Shown here piece after piece: positions 12,001 to 17,358 of a stretch of DNA of 64,000 bases. This DNA is from an uncultured bacterium. Its GTDB lineage: Bacteria; Omnitrophota; Omnitrophia; Omnitrophales; Aquincolibacteriaceae. The number at the start of each line of letters is the position of its first letter. The stretch's first letter is position 1. A program made the translations under genes and the position numbers. The stretch spans positions 19,832-83,831 of the forward strand of contig CAYZYT010000009.1 in NCBI GenBank assembly GCA_964482725.1. The letters run 5' to 3'. The notes beneath the pieces were generated by a model, which was given only the letters and a program-made list of their open reading frames with translations, searched no databases and had not been told where the DNA came from.

Positions 12001-12437
12001 TGTTAGTCACTTTGCGCGGCAACCTCTCGATCAATGTGAAGGGTGGGGTCGAAGATGTGCGTCTGATCCAGAAAAAGTTTGATGATCTTATGACCCAAGA
12101 GGGGATCACGCTGGCGGCTGGGCAGCTGCGTATTGTCCCGGCGACAAGCCGCAACCATTTCGAATCTTTTAAAGGCTCCGAAAAAGCCGATGCCTTTATG
12201 GCCCGCCGGGAAGATCACCTGCGTGCGCGGCCCCGGAACGTCAGCAGTTTTTGGATCACCCAGGACCAGGACCGGATGGAGACGCTGGCCGCGGGGATCG
12301 CGACGGCTTTACTTCAGGTCGCTTCGGATAAGCCTATGGACCGGAACACTCTTTACAGCCCTTCCATGTTCCGGGACCTTTTAACGAACGTGATGAATGC
12401 CATCCAAGGGTATCTCCAGATCCAGACAGCGGCCTGA
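45..12437 (+). CDS. Giant multidomain PTS-like phosphorelay protein (EI-like PEP-utilizing module + 2x HPr + 4x CheY-like receiver); possibly 5'-truncated by window edge (no in-frame stop upstream of pos 45, first codon TTG)
   Basis: ORF track 4130 aa. PEP-utilizing signature motifs ILFPMVASPEQL, FYDIGTNDLEKE, CVCGQMGGNQ (cf. EI IMFPMI/FSIGTNDL/CGE-AGD). Two HPr-like GLHAMPS / GIHVRPAG motifs. Four D-D...D...K receiver domains (FVDDDP..IISDFSMPG etc.). Confidence 0.8.
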   Translation: MSPDQVAKSVVQTVSSSSVFSGTLTADQQKENPSTVRFTPAASSEISTSQNSAIMKAAATMGRAEALQLDPRTDAGLGQSATDIDFSARAPAVLRAEIRPKADSFQTPITVQVAPYRQIKMWGEGKRLNIAIPGITVVPLDLQESSGMDKVIAVRLSVFVKVPAASSEDVFKAYRGDVSLAAKKIPALGKNKSIVFIPKTPKSAEVKDYENWQRVVISDNPVKVAIDLGKAIEIFVKARSEQRRPTKFEPVDPDTVKKMMDFMALIQRPFDSGIHFGLFLGVGEMLAGEPASILAAIRRGNSGEAQIRVRSLMERLNKRVVAMPLYFKNLRALAEKLAGMELIDPEYLETLQSSLRKKEEKARSEESSLKSQLGKSQYIKLSSATEERSELRERQVFEGDLTTEKTVRGHAVFLSEDKHDFQWAMAPGGESLAETEYETWFKIVHDGINELFLPPMARHLKIFIQKKREEAIKSKKTSSDPMLKTSHPIALVLGAVQDGVAKNDIKQLEKGSVEESLFLKYVEDMARIFKIQRQIVLRSGGSDEAEKIIKRQFSVALELMEENIAQKEEALDSQRRRLAFFPHAEQQLKDNEMILQEGREGPTPLDDEYREDLEEKNENWREILETKEEVVKAEGRHDLQKMVLKGLEKRLKQGVESELYLGKTDAEGNPLALGMKDGGSLPFVIYSYALKNFLSKIKKFDLETIEGAHGAQSNQDSGTVFRDIAMGLTERLELEMIGGVAPQEKNISIISDGTQRILFVRRPLSANEILREVSRYGADLVGIVATQSSASAHWVIVVRGRNSAPPILFLSEKKYKDMLNKIQLDEDVLLVPSDETVGRGVLKTNPSPEDLDKALRAKKEEDLLAQGERKIGQFPLGISVGVNLSTHDIGDPRASGADNSGLVRKDFLDDKTKREIEDVGQSIGSGDFKFDEWLTVLEKLNFSDMSSKVDIDSLMNNFVGVLTPEAVGRIRTLLGHLRTVDGRVLRDDFFEGGKYVPFRTLDLQPDSKNKDLLDALKRLHRQYPKAGLIQLSPEELKKDPLRNGVTGFDFYQHSNLGKFFLIWQVTALLIEYAQHLDSTDQKDPAKLAILFPMVASPEQLKFIQQEILPVARKLAVLNFERTDEWDTQSFLAVQAKVQKASDRVSYGMMVEVMDILKNESLMDSMVQNPFVEFYDIGTNDLEKELWESIVKAPVDRDVEEAQRLFGRLMPDLVMGLDRFARKLADYNMEAGRDPARKQKRMCVCGQMGGNQKFLALVERWRRLKVPVSVSVGPEDVSHVRHALLRYSRVSQSSLDEVFEVPNYIDRRAGKLAKSQMLISKKFLKVAEAWQERYARMGYYHGFYRDSLDPVTGIGSFRDILVMRDIYKLFGGKQPDLKGAGVAEEEDMTREEFEKLLNYEKGKSGLFDEQVCAALLSAYDFLKGVRQVYREMQVKDPQKFKEPFNLHTGNLNDFLEAYEGKFGKQEWLARTDAQQRQDQFFRHYYVMANHVYTSLTGMVHEGYEDLFGADYEDIGLVTVIQTERDSQHKEEAIPLRVQLRSGMFFKREVGHIYRKVKELYIPEAYERMAFERFSRNPALMLEVFSRAVVDGDEEVRISYDLQKIMRRAIRNAGPVSSGADEMLFKNLIKGFFALDHDISYPIWRMHRFGFFSKFLPDYDAMPNFFPGDGRRSSVHIQTLNAMEFLEKLFNTKDFAFLRAGLVLQQLKVDPQDLTTLRLSLLMLGIVRAKLRLKPGNVPAPADIKKIVAEALAAFGISGQSEQAELIAWLIEGERTLNRNDLSAPEKIRKALETIFLEEGKNITSKKWDMLYLLTFVMRAGRAEHEKLVMLKREGPDSSLANCDKLYLAGKVLTKISIPPQEFEQLVEKTQRLERDGLQELNQPVLMRLLTGEKADPEEEISKAWADFSRREADILAYYEQNEILPSKYREALHAEIDAMAHQRTVFKTMFLKYEKMVSRYYWKGLDPETLTQQLICCISLEVLQRHADHRPILLFNALPQHYSNAFEIVFGRVSEDPALLAIYSRILYQNDFSIETVNIQREKGEEGKFIVRFMGSFPRGKQDLKPVMTAMRKDLADILDAPGEAKENRPGWFEERVRRLYRLLGPYSELALFAANQRNNPLFFRNTFNRHGDLAVQRSGGTTPTTEVDFFEGGGRGNSSYNTLTISTEDRRGLTALVTNYLSLIRGLNISDFSFEDTLGKKTKMIVRLNHPRKETWQEALFFRIVGIFFFWKAPWKKSKDRLSEKEKTQIKEELTNMLDAFEAVIHRGHFLNTYALKINASGTVNPADVAEKSSEASSEPAPIEVEESTAEVMPKGAVTKAVDLPEIPTVGVDDPSAREYTIQGSLGLHAMPSQLLAKFAINQSFLDEVIFEQKGIPTDMKSVLSLLELGQLWGEPVVIRIKAKPEATPEQLQAFWTWIEELRDPGDPKNLLFFAPIKRSEVRVEEKQFSVGNRLGIHVRPAGVIVTLAEAYAGSLKIKITKKKVTVNAASMMGLLTLDAGKGAKVTITVEGPQEQAKEFWDKLALLEEGGESLFRSEIRGKGKILFVDDDPGIQMTVADSLAFVGGYEVEKAFSADEALEILKKGDFVPDLIISDFSMPGKTGGDLVKAIRLSANGIARIPVLMFTAAAAQMDIENLYREGQITGTVSKTSEPDKFHAQVEWILQNEQSVREILALAGEDVAAKVALDQEILQFMLHPNQSPRVLAKLLELGIREDVPRWQEVLGEVQIRLHRDIAKTQVARGRSEIRNFTDVFNSILIVDDRLANRYANVQILKARGFKGVIHQAASAAEARDIMKQQKVDVLILDRKMPGMLGTEFAREILRPSEKLGVSVVLFTAQKKEAEQELSGIGDRVVIVEKEGDDPVGKIVSALNQLANRSETREITNRQRIAHLMSYLVNNMTMPLVMATDRDAVSMESLKSSIGELVLLFRILDVKDMESRGEELFIPAGDDNENIIVHKKTIGLGGKTPGQIFKGESLEQLAAEVRFDWILEDFKPEILELRGWRDALAIKAAADLSATERRNIARMAEKILEKSQKTVARLSQTVTQVKKILVVDDDVANRALLENLLRRQGYTVVVATNGAEAIKKLEDEHDIDFLITDFHMPEKTGGDILQAMAEGKLSRKIPSALMSGGLSDSTVDLKLFWAEGVYVEFLQKPNLIKPLFEILKRFDGPGAAGVGPAKAAGSEASFSAEAVLRIKKMLELENRAGDVLEMYQKDVVEGRLPRAASLKQLLASFRDGAEKESNLYKSASWVLGEIGARSEMRESSNRQKIINLLRHSLSGRIQIFESAEDASFVSKEILRETVRETLVVFRVFDLELFKARGGQLFIPKDDPNVFAYQIPSAQTRDDGKGGREPVKVYQTSVFGAMEKGKTFSFLNSEDQAALYQLSEEVGFEKIRADFNPQVVKLEEFKKELSTTADIAPELRSRIKLLGKELLEKIDELSAPLAAEPRTITAVPKNKANLHILVVDDEDGMRTTTAKLLRNKGYVVSTAVNGKDALDKLRAGGIEGVVSDITMPEMDGIALTNAIIDEGINVFIFLVSGYSSTDLGLEGFAKKGKKVGFFQKPYSLSDLDKAIKEHVRSEVRGTEKIQKDIADLNGKIVAEMERMSLRVLGTKEMKRTSEGRSLYRTFDHMTRKTSRDRYVSLADLEFTQRDLALFVQNHARQVASEKAALDVLGRHLDNLITQRKKIEDLYKELGATRYAPVSTEADKQAALDYIQTAGTVWQIDLQRLIESVPEQQTHLRPLLESFTAPLKTWILKPGYVSLEKEQSPEYLVGILNRLHKYERTASGDLAEHHEAGTRDLITAPRRLEMFQLAEGLSYLIAASKNLKWAQSEFPFARAEVRVAGTAEYKESVRNTLPVVVDLPVGLEVVAAAEQLGVYSDRGIAAELEGGISEDNIKQARLWIAVKVLKAMGASDGQIMNERLRSFMDKVMASLPGHIKAVAGLEAAKGPQFHVYLEGLSEQDWSEFVRNFPVVLGMLVTLRGNLSINVKGGVEDVRLIQKKFDDLMTQEGITLAAGQLRIVPATSRNHFESFKGSEKADAFMARREDHLRARPRNVSSFWITQDQDRMETLAAGIATALLQVASDKPMDRNTLYSPSMFRDLLTNVMNAIQGYLQIQTAA
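2330..3900 (+). other. Domain: PEP-utilizing enzyme (Enzyme I / PPDK-like) phosphohistidine region + PEP-binding TIM barrel
   Basis: SSASAHWVIVVRG (candidate phospho-His loop). ILFPMVASPEQLKFIQQEI, YDIGTNDLEKELW, RMCVCGQMGGNQKFL match conserved EI/PPDK C-terminal motifs. Confidence 0.6.
7077..7320 (+). other. Domain: HPr-like phosphocarrier #1
   Basis: EYTIQGSLGLHAMPSQLLAKFA... resembles the HPr N-terminal His15 loop and fold length. Confidence 0.55.
7380..7630 (+). other. Domain: HPr-like phosphocarrier #2
   Basis: FSVGNRLGIHVRPAGVIVTLAEAY...VTVNAASMMGLLTLDAGKGAKVTITVEG; canonical G-hH-aRPA motif and serine-region LL/G pattern. Confidence 0.65.
7672..8030 (+). other. Domain: CheY-like receiver REC1
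   Basis: KILFVDDDPGIQ...PDLIISDFSMPGKTGGDLVKAI...VLMFTA. Confidence 0.7.
8320..8600 (+). other. Domain: CheY-like receiver REC2
   Basis: ILIVDDRLANRYANVQILKARG...VDVLILDRKMPGMLGTEFAREI...VVLFTA. Confidence 0.65.
9195..9545 (+). other. Domain: CheY-like receiver REC3
   Basis: KILVVDDDVANRALLENLLRRQGYTVVVATNGAEAI...DFLITDFHMPEKTGGDILQAM. Confidence 0.7.
10440..10800 (+). other. Domain: CheY-like receiver REC4
   Basis: HILVVDDEDGMRTTTAKLLRNKGYVVSTAVNGKDALDKL...GVVSDITMPEMDGIALTNAI. Confidence 0.7.
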
Positions 12438-12444
12438 TCTGCTT

Positions 12445-12462
12445 AATCCGCTTGGATTTTTT
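12445..12462 (+). terminator. Rho-independent terminator after giant gene 1
   Basis: AATCC-GCTT-GGATT hairpin followed by TTTTTT, 8 nt after stop at 12437. Confidence 0.6.
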
Positions 12463-12473
12463 ACGAAAAACAG

Positions 12474-12479
12474 TATAAT
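12474..12479 (+). promoter_or_regulatory. Candidate -10 box (TATAAT) driving structured leader + tRNA-Glu
   Basis: Perfect TATAAT immediately downstream of terminator and about 170 nt upstream of tRNA-Glu. Confidence 0.3.
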
Positions 12480-12648
12480 CCTGCACTCGTGTCGGAGATG
12501 AACGTCAAGTTCATCCCGAACACGCACTGGCACAGTGGGTGCCAGTGCTAGCTGACATTCGCGTCCCCATCGCACTTGCGCCCAATGCGCAAGTACAGCT
12601 CTTCAGCGGTTGGACACCGCTGTAAGAGGGGGGACAAAAAGAAAATAC

Positions 12649-12726
12649 GTCCCCATCGTCTAGGTCGGCCTAGGACACCAGGTTTTCATCCTGGTAACAG
12701 GGGTTCAAATCCCCTTGGGGACGCCA
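12649..12726 (+). tRNA. tRNA-Glu (anticodon UUC), CCA encoded
   Basis: GTCCCCATCGTCTAGG...CCAGG-TTTTCAT-CCTGG...GGGGTTCAAATCCCCTTGGGGACGCCA; near-identical in framework to bacterial tRNA-Glu; anticodon loop TTTTCAT. Confidence 0.9.
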
Positions 12727-12860
12727 AATTGCCCGGGTCACAGATGTGATCCGGGCAATTTGCATTTAGGGTGGGGATTTGAAGCCGACCCGAGCGCCAC
12801 GGGTTCAAGCGAGGGCGGCCGGCTTTGGAGGAGCGCGCTGACAAGCGCGCGGGGGAAAAG

Positions 12861-12880
12861 AAATCCCCTTGGGGACGCCA
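12861..12880 (+). repeat. 20-nt direct duplicate of tRNA-Glu 3' end (AAATCCCCTTGGGGACGCCA), att-site-like
   Basis: Exact repeat of 12707..12726, located 135 nt downstream. Each copy is followed by a strong hairpin. Confidence 0.7.
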
Positions 12881-12922
12881 AATCCCGCAGACAGCTTTTG
12901 CTGTCTGCGGGATTTTTGTTTT
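12880..12922 (+). terminator. Hairpin + T-run terminator after duplicated tRNA 3' end
   Basis: AAATCCCGCAGACAGC-TTTT-GCTGTCTGCGGGATTT followed by TTGTTTTG. Confidence 0.55.
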
Positions 12923-13118
12923 GGGGGCGTCATCGGTGATGAGCAGATCTGTCTGCGTGATGAAAAGACCGCTGTTGCGATATGCAAAATGCTTTTAGAA
13001 TGGTGCCAGGTCCGATTCTTAATAGCAGTTCGAACTTTCGGAGTCAAAGATGGATTTTTTTGCGTAGGCCGTTCACGGACCTGGAGATCTACGAGAAAAC
13101 CGGGCATTGGGAGATAAA

Positions 13119-13541
13119 ATGAAGAAGCTTTATCTGTTAAGGCATGCGGATGCGGCGCCGGCGGAGCCGGGACAAAAGGATTCCGCGAGGCCTCTGACCG
13201 CTCACGGCAGAAAGCAGGCCGCCGAGGCCGCCTCCGAAGCCAAGTCAAAAGGGTTTTCCTTTGACGTGATCCTGACATCGCCGTATGTCAGGGCGCGCGA
13301 GACTGCGCGGATCTTTGCCAGTCTCTATGAGATGTGCGGCAAAGTGATCGAGGAGCCGCGCCTCGCGTGCGGTTGTTCGGTCGGGGAGATCCGAAAGATC
13401 CTCTTACGATATCACGCGTGCGGGAGTATCCTGTGTGTCGGGCACGAGCCGGATCTCGGCGTGATCTCCGCGGCTTTACTCGGGCTGGATCATGCGCGGC
13501 CCTTCAAAAAGGCAGAATGCCGGGAGTTCGAACTCGCGTGA
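13119..13541 (+). CDS. sixA: Phosphohistidine phosphatase SixA (histidine phosphatase superfamily)
   Basis: LYLLRHADA (RHG catalytic motif), ~140 aa, LCVGHEPDLG; start taken at MKKLYLL with GGAGA RBS (ORF track start 13107). Confidence 0.75.
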   Translation: MKKLYLLRHADAAPAEPGQKDSARPLTAHGRKQAAEAASEAKSKGFSFDVILTSPYVRARETARIFASLYEMCGKVIEEPRLACGCSVGEIRKILLRYHACGSILCVGHEPDLGVISAALLGLDHARPFKKAECREFELA

Positions 13542-13852
13542 TGGCACTTCAAACGAACGCAAAAAAACTGAAGATTGCGCTACTCCTGGCAGCGCTCTTG
13601 ATGTGCTTCGCGGTTTTTCCCTCGCTTCCCCGAGCTTTTTATATTCTGCTCAAGTGGGTCGTTTGCGCGTCAGCGGTCTACGGGGTTTTGTGCTTCAAAG
13701 ATGAGCCGCGGATGAACCGTCACGTTTGGCCGCTGGTGGGCCTGGCCCTGTTGTTCAACCCTTTTGTCCCATTTTCTTTGACGCCGCTCGTCTGGCTGAT
13801 CCTTGATCTCGGGACGGCAGTCTATTTTTTGACCCTGTCCAAGAAATTCTGA
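13541..13852 (+). CDS. Small integral membrane protein (3 predicted TM helices), start overlaps sixA stop (TGATG)
   Basis: MALQTNAKKLKIALLLAALLMCFAVF...LVWLILDLGTAVYFLTL. The 5' part of track ORF 13334..13852 overlaps sixA in another frame. Confidence 0.5.
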   Translation: MALQTNAKKLKIALLLAALLMCFAVFPSLPRAFYILLKWVVCASAVYGVLCFKDEPRMNRHVWPLVGLALLFNPFVPFSLTPLVWLILDLGTAVYFLTLSKKF

Positions 13853-13899
13853 AGTCGACCGCGTGCCCGGCAAGCGCGCACAGCAAAGAAGGTTCTGAA

Positions 13900-14511
13900 A
13901 TGAGCGTCGGAAGGGAAAATTACAAACACGGCCAAATGAAATGCAAGAGGACTCATGAAAAGGGGGTTCTCCAAGGCCCGGTCACGTCGTATTACGAGAA
14001 CGGACAAGTGAGCGACGAGGCCGTTTACAAGGACGGGAAGATCGAGGGCACGGTGAAGCATTATCACCCGAACGGGAAGCTCAAGACCGAGAAAGTCCTC
14101 AAGGCCGGGCGCCTGGCGGGTCCGGTCAAGACGTATTATGAGAACGGGCAGCTTCAAAAAGAGGAAGGTTGGCGGGGCTGTCATCTGGAAGGGCCGTCCA
14201 GGATGTACTACGAGAACGGACAATTATCCTCTGAAAGTTTTTTCAGGAACGGAACGCGGGGGGGGCCGGTGAAATGGTATTACGCGAGCGGGCAACTCCA
14301 GGAAGAGAAATTTTACAGGAACGGGAGGCAGCACGGCCTGGCTAGGAAATACAGCAAAACCGGACAATTGCAGCGGGAAGAAGTTTGGGAGGATGGAGTT
14401 CGGGAGAATCAATTTAGGGAATATGACGGTCAGGCGATGGTCCTTCGCGAAAAAGAGGCAAAGACAACGGCCCGACCCGGACGGGACGGGAATAGGCTCG
14501 AGACTCGGTGA
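13900..14511 (+). CDS. MORN-variant repeat protein (YwqK-family-like)
   Basis: Repeated G-x-Y-YENGQL-x-EG / YKDGK-x-G units; AAGAAGG RBS. Confidence 0.7.
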   Translation: MSVGRENYKHGQMKCKRTHEKGVLQGPVTSYYENGQVSDEAVYKDGKIEGTVKHYHPNGKLKTEKVLKAGRLAGPVKTYYENGQLQKEEGWRGCHLEGPSRMYYENGQLSSESFFRNGTRGGPVKWYYASGQLQEEKFYRNGRQHGLARKYSKTGQLQREEVWEDGVRENQFREYDGQAMVLREKEAKTTARPGRDGNRLETR

Positions 14512-14562
14512 AGGAGTTGCGGTGAATAGTTATGCACGAAATCCATTTTTTGAAAGGCACGG

Positions 14563-15291
14563 ATGATCCCCCAGATCTTGATCGACAAGGCTGAAACACC
14601 CGACGGCGGAAAAGAACTGCGACTCTACCAGCACGATAAGGATTTCTCGATCAGCGTGGGCAATGTGCAGCTGATGAGCAGCCGGACGCATGATTCTGAA
14701 GAAGCGCTGGCCAGGCTTGCTCTGGAAAGAATTGAAAAAGATGGATACGCGCGCGTGCTGGTCGGGGGGCTCGGGATGGGGTTCACGCTCCGGGCGGCGC
14801 TGGACATCCTTCCGGCCACAGCCCGGGTGGATGTTGCGGAACTGGTGCCTGCGGTGGTGAAGTGGAACCGGGGACCTCTTGCCGCGCTGGCGGGATGTCC
14901 CCTGGATGACAAGCGGGTGGTCGTTCGTGAGGTGAATGCGGCCAGAATGATCCGGGACGGGCGGGGGGCTTATGACGCGATCTTGCTCGATGTGGATAAC
15001 GGGCCCGCGGGACTTTCCAGAACAGGCAACCACTGGTTCTATGGTCTTTCGGGCCTTCAGGCATCGCTGGCGGCCCTCCGGACGAAAGGTGTGCTTGCTC
15101 TCTGGTCGGCCGGTCCGGATATGGAATTCATGCGCCGTATGGAAAAGGTTGGATTTGAAGTGGAGGCGATCCGCGTTCGGGCTCGTGCCGGGCGGAAGGG
15201 CGCGCACCACCTCATTTGGATCGCGACAAAAGCCATTCCGGCCGCGGTCGGAAGGGTTGCAGGCTTTAAATATGATTCTTCCAAGAGATAA
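14563..15291 (+). CDS. Spermidine-synthase-like (PABS fold) methyltransferase-family protein
   Basis: VLVGGLGMGFTLRAAL (cf. GGGDGG-REV), ~240 aa. Confidence 0.5.
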   Translation: MIPQILIDKAETPDGGKELRLYQHDKDFSISVGNVQLMSSRTHDSEEALARLALERIEKDGYARVLVGGLGMGFTLRAALDILPATARVDVAELVPAVVKWNRGPLAALAGCPLDDKRVVVREVNAARMIRDGRGAYDAILLDVDNGPAGLSRTGNHWFYGLSGLQASLAALRTKGVLALWSAGPDMEFMRRMEKVGFEVEAIRVRARAGRKGAHHLIWIATKAIPAAVGRVAGFKYDSSKR

Positions 15292-16105
15292 ACCGGGCGA
15301 TGTCGTGTTGTATTACGAAATCCATGGCGAAGGAACGCCTCTTTTACTCATCGCCGGGCTTGGGTCGGATTGCCTGAGTTGGGGCGGTGTTGTCGCAAAA
15401 CTTGCGGCGCATTTTAAGGTCATCGTTTTCGATAATCGTGGGGTGGGGCGGAGTGAGGCTCCGGAGAAGAGTTATGCCGTCGGCGAGATGACAAGCGATG
15501 CCATCCGTTTGCTCGATCATTTAAAAATAAAAAAGGCGCATATTCTGGGTCATTCCATGGGCGGTTTTATCGCGCAGGAGATGGCGATCCATCACCCGGA
15601 ACGCGTCGAACGGCTTGTCCTGGCCAGCACCGCTGCCGTGTCTTCCGAGAGGAACAACACGCTTTTTCTGGAATTTTATAAGGAGCTCCGGACAGGCGCC
15701 GATCCGGAAACATGGATCCTGAAATGGGTTCGCTGGTTGTTTTCACCGGAACGTCTCAGCTGCAAGACATTCATCGATGCGTTTGTGAAGAACCGGCTGA
15801 AGGATCCTTTCCCGCAACAAGCGCGCGGTCTCAAGGGACAGATCGATGCGATCGCGTTGTTTGATTCGCGCGAAAAACTCGGTAGGGTAAAAGCTGAAAC
15901 GCTTGTCCTCCATGGTAGGGAAGACATTCTAATCCTTCCCGGGGAAGCGGAAGCGCTTGCCAAAGGGATTTCAGGCAGTGCTTTTCAATATATAAAGGGT
16001 GCGGCCCACTGTTTGCACATAGAAAATCGTCATGTATTTGTAAGGGCCGTCGTCGAATTTTTGGAACGGAACCAGGTGCCTTGGCACTCACAAAAGGAGA
16101 AATGA
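15272..16105 (+). CDS. Alpha/beta hydrolase
   Basis: GHSMGG nucleophile elbow, HGxEDxxxP, C-terminal His; start at MILPRDKP overlapping upstream gene by 20 nt. Confidence 0.75.
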   Translation: MILPRDKPGDVVLYYEIHGEGTPLLLIAGLGSDCLSWGGVVAKLAAHFKVIVFDNRGVGRSEAPEKSYAVGEMTSDAIRLLDHLKIKKAHILGHSMGGFIAQEMAIHHPERVERLVLASTAAVSSERNNTLFLEFYKELRTGADPETWILKWVRWLFSPERLSCKTFIDAFVKNRLKDPFPQQARGLKGQIDAIALFDSREKLGRVKAETLVLHGREDILILPGEAEALAKGISGSAFQYIKGAAHCLHIENRHVFVRAVVEFLERNQVPWHSQKEK

Positions 16106-16106
16106 C

Positions 16107-16340
16107 ATGCGTAAGTTCTTGATCGTTTTTTTTATTTCCGTGCTTATGTTAGGAGGCCCTGCGATTACCGCTTTTGCGGCCGATTGCGCGAAGGATACTC
16201 TCGTCGACCATTTTGGGGATTGGTTCGGCAATCTGGGTAAATCCGAAAGTTCGAAAAAAAAGCACATTGCTATACGTAAAGCCAATCGTCTTGCGGCGTG
16301 TGCCGAAATGAAAGCGAAGAGCGCTGGCAAGGCTGTTTAA
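16107..16340 (+). CDS. Small secreted protein (signal peptide), unknown function
   Basis: MRKFLIVFFISVLMLGGPAITAFAADC...; starts 1 nt after upstream stop. Confidence 0.45.
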   Translation: MRKFLIVFFISVLMLGGPAITAFAADCAKDTLVDHFGDWFGNLGKSESSKKKHIAIRKANRLAACAEMKAKSAGKAV

Positions 16341-16514
16341 GAGGCCCCGTAGTAGCCCTGAGACCGATTGCCATAAGCAATCGGCATCTCTTCAGGCGAT
16401 AATTTGGTGGTCATTGCACCGATATTGGATATAATAACGCGAATTTTTCCCATAGCGTTCCGTTGAATCCGGATTGGGACGGGACGCCCATTTTCAGTGC
16501 AAGGAGATGATCCA

Positions 16515-16898
16515 ATGAAATTCCGAATGATCCCCGTGTTCCTTTTAGCTCTGATGCTTATTCCCTTTCTAGGTTGCGCGAAGAAGGCGGATCCTAAGAG
16601 GTCGGTCGAGAAGATCCGAAAAGAAGTCGTCGCGATGCCCCTTGCGCAGCTTGAGGCCCAAGCGTCTGATTATGCGGCGGCGATCCGTGCGCAAAAGGCC
16701 GAGATCGAGAGTATCCAGCAGAAGATACAGAGAATGCCCATCGATAAGATTTTCAGTAATAAATCCATGACGCGCCGTATTGCCGAGATCGGTCGCACCG
16801 CCGAGGCGCTTTTTGAGCGGTACCGGATCTATGCGCAAGCTTTTCAGGAAAAAGGCGGAAGTCTGGCTAAGATCCAGATCGAACCAGCTCAAGCCTAA
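16515..16898 (+). CDS. Lipoprotein, unknown function
   Basis: [21 protein letters not shown] lipobox; coiled-coil rest. Confidence 0.55.
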   Translation: MKFRMIPVFLLALMLIPFLGCAKKADPKRSVEKIRKEVVAMPLAQLEAQASDYAAAIRAQKAEIESIQQKIQRMPIDKIFSNKSMTRRIAEIGRTAEALFERYRIYAQAFQEKGGSLAKIQIEPAQA

Positions 16899-16914
16899 AA
16901 CAGGAGGATCCCCC

Positions 16915-17358
16915 ATGAAAATAGCGAATGAATTCAAACAATTCATCATGCGCGGCAATGTGATCGATATGGCGGTCGGCGTGATCATCGGCGCGGCGTT
17001 CGGGAAGATCGTTGCTTCGATGGTCAGTGATATCATCATGCCCCCGATCGGGCTTCTGCTCGGGAAAGTGGATTTCAGCAGTCTCTTCATCAATATGTCC
17101 GGAAAGGTCTATGGCTCGCTTGCGGAAGCGCAGGCCGCCGGGGCCCCGACCCTGAATTACGGGCTCTTCCTTAATAACGTGATCAATTTTCTGATCGTTG
17201 CGTTTGTGATCTTCATCATGATCAGGCAGATCAACAAGCTTCAGAAACCGGCCAAGCCCGGCTCGTCGGCTGCGCCGACGACCCGAGAGTGCCCTTTCTG
17301 CTGCTCTACGATCGCGCTCAAAGCGGTCCGTTGTCCGAATTGCACGTCCCAGTTCTGA
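16915..17358 (+). CDS. mscL: Large-conductance mechanosensitive channel MscL with C-terminal CxxC...CxxC zinc-ribbon extension
   Basis: [44 protein letters not shown] nearly identical to E. coli MscL TM1; AGGAGG RBS; C-term [18 protein letters not shown]. Confidence 0.85.
   Translation: MKIANEFKQFIMRGNVIDMAVGVIIGAAFGKIVASMVSDIIMPPIGLLLGKVDFSSLFINMSGKVYGSLAEAQAAGAPTLNYGLFLNNVINFLIVAFVIFIMIRQINKLQKPAKPGSSAAPTTRECPFCCSTIALKAVRCPNCTSQF

Noticed and set aside
12805-13278. 157-aa minus-strand ORF spanning the duplicated tRNA 3' end and hairpins
   Set aside because: Covers an intergenic region dense with terminator-like hairpins and overlaps the sixA start. No RBS or domain signal. Likely spurious
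13334-13541. Track ORF 13334..13852 as a single 172-aa gene
   Set aside because: Its first 69 codons overlap sixA in another frame and translate to Arg-rich nonsense. The hydrophobic membrane protein begins at the ATG at 13541 overlapping the sixA stop (TGATG)
14530-15210. 226-aa minus-strand ORF (and similar long minus ORFs 16867..17817, 18655..19395, 20689..21363, 21985..22743, 30602..31336, 36364..37467, 43283..44278, 58332..58961, 60651..61373)
   Set aside because: All lie antisense to well-supported plus-strand genes with recognisable domains. Their translations are low-complexity Arg/Pro/Gly-rich. Typical shadow ORFs in GC-rich DNA
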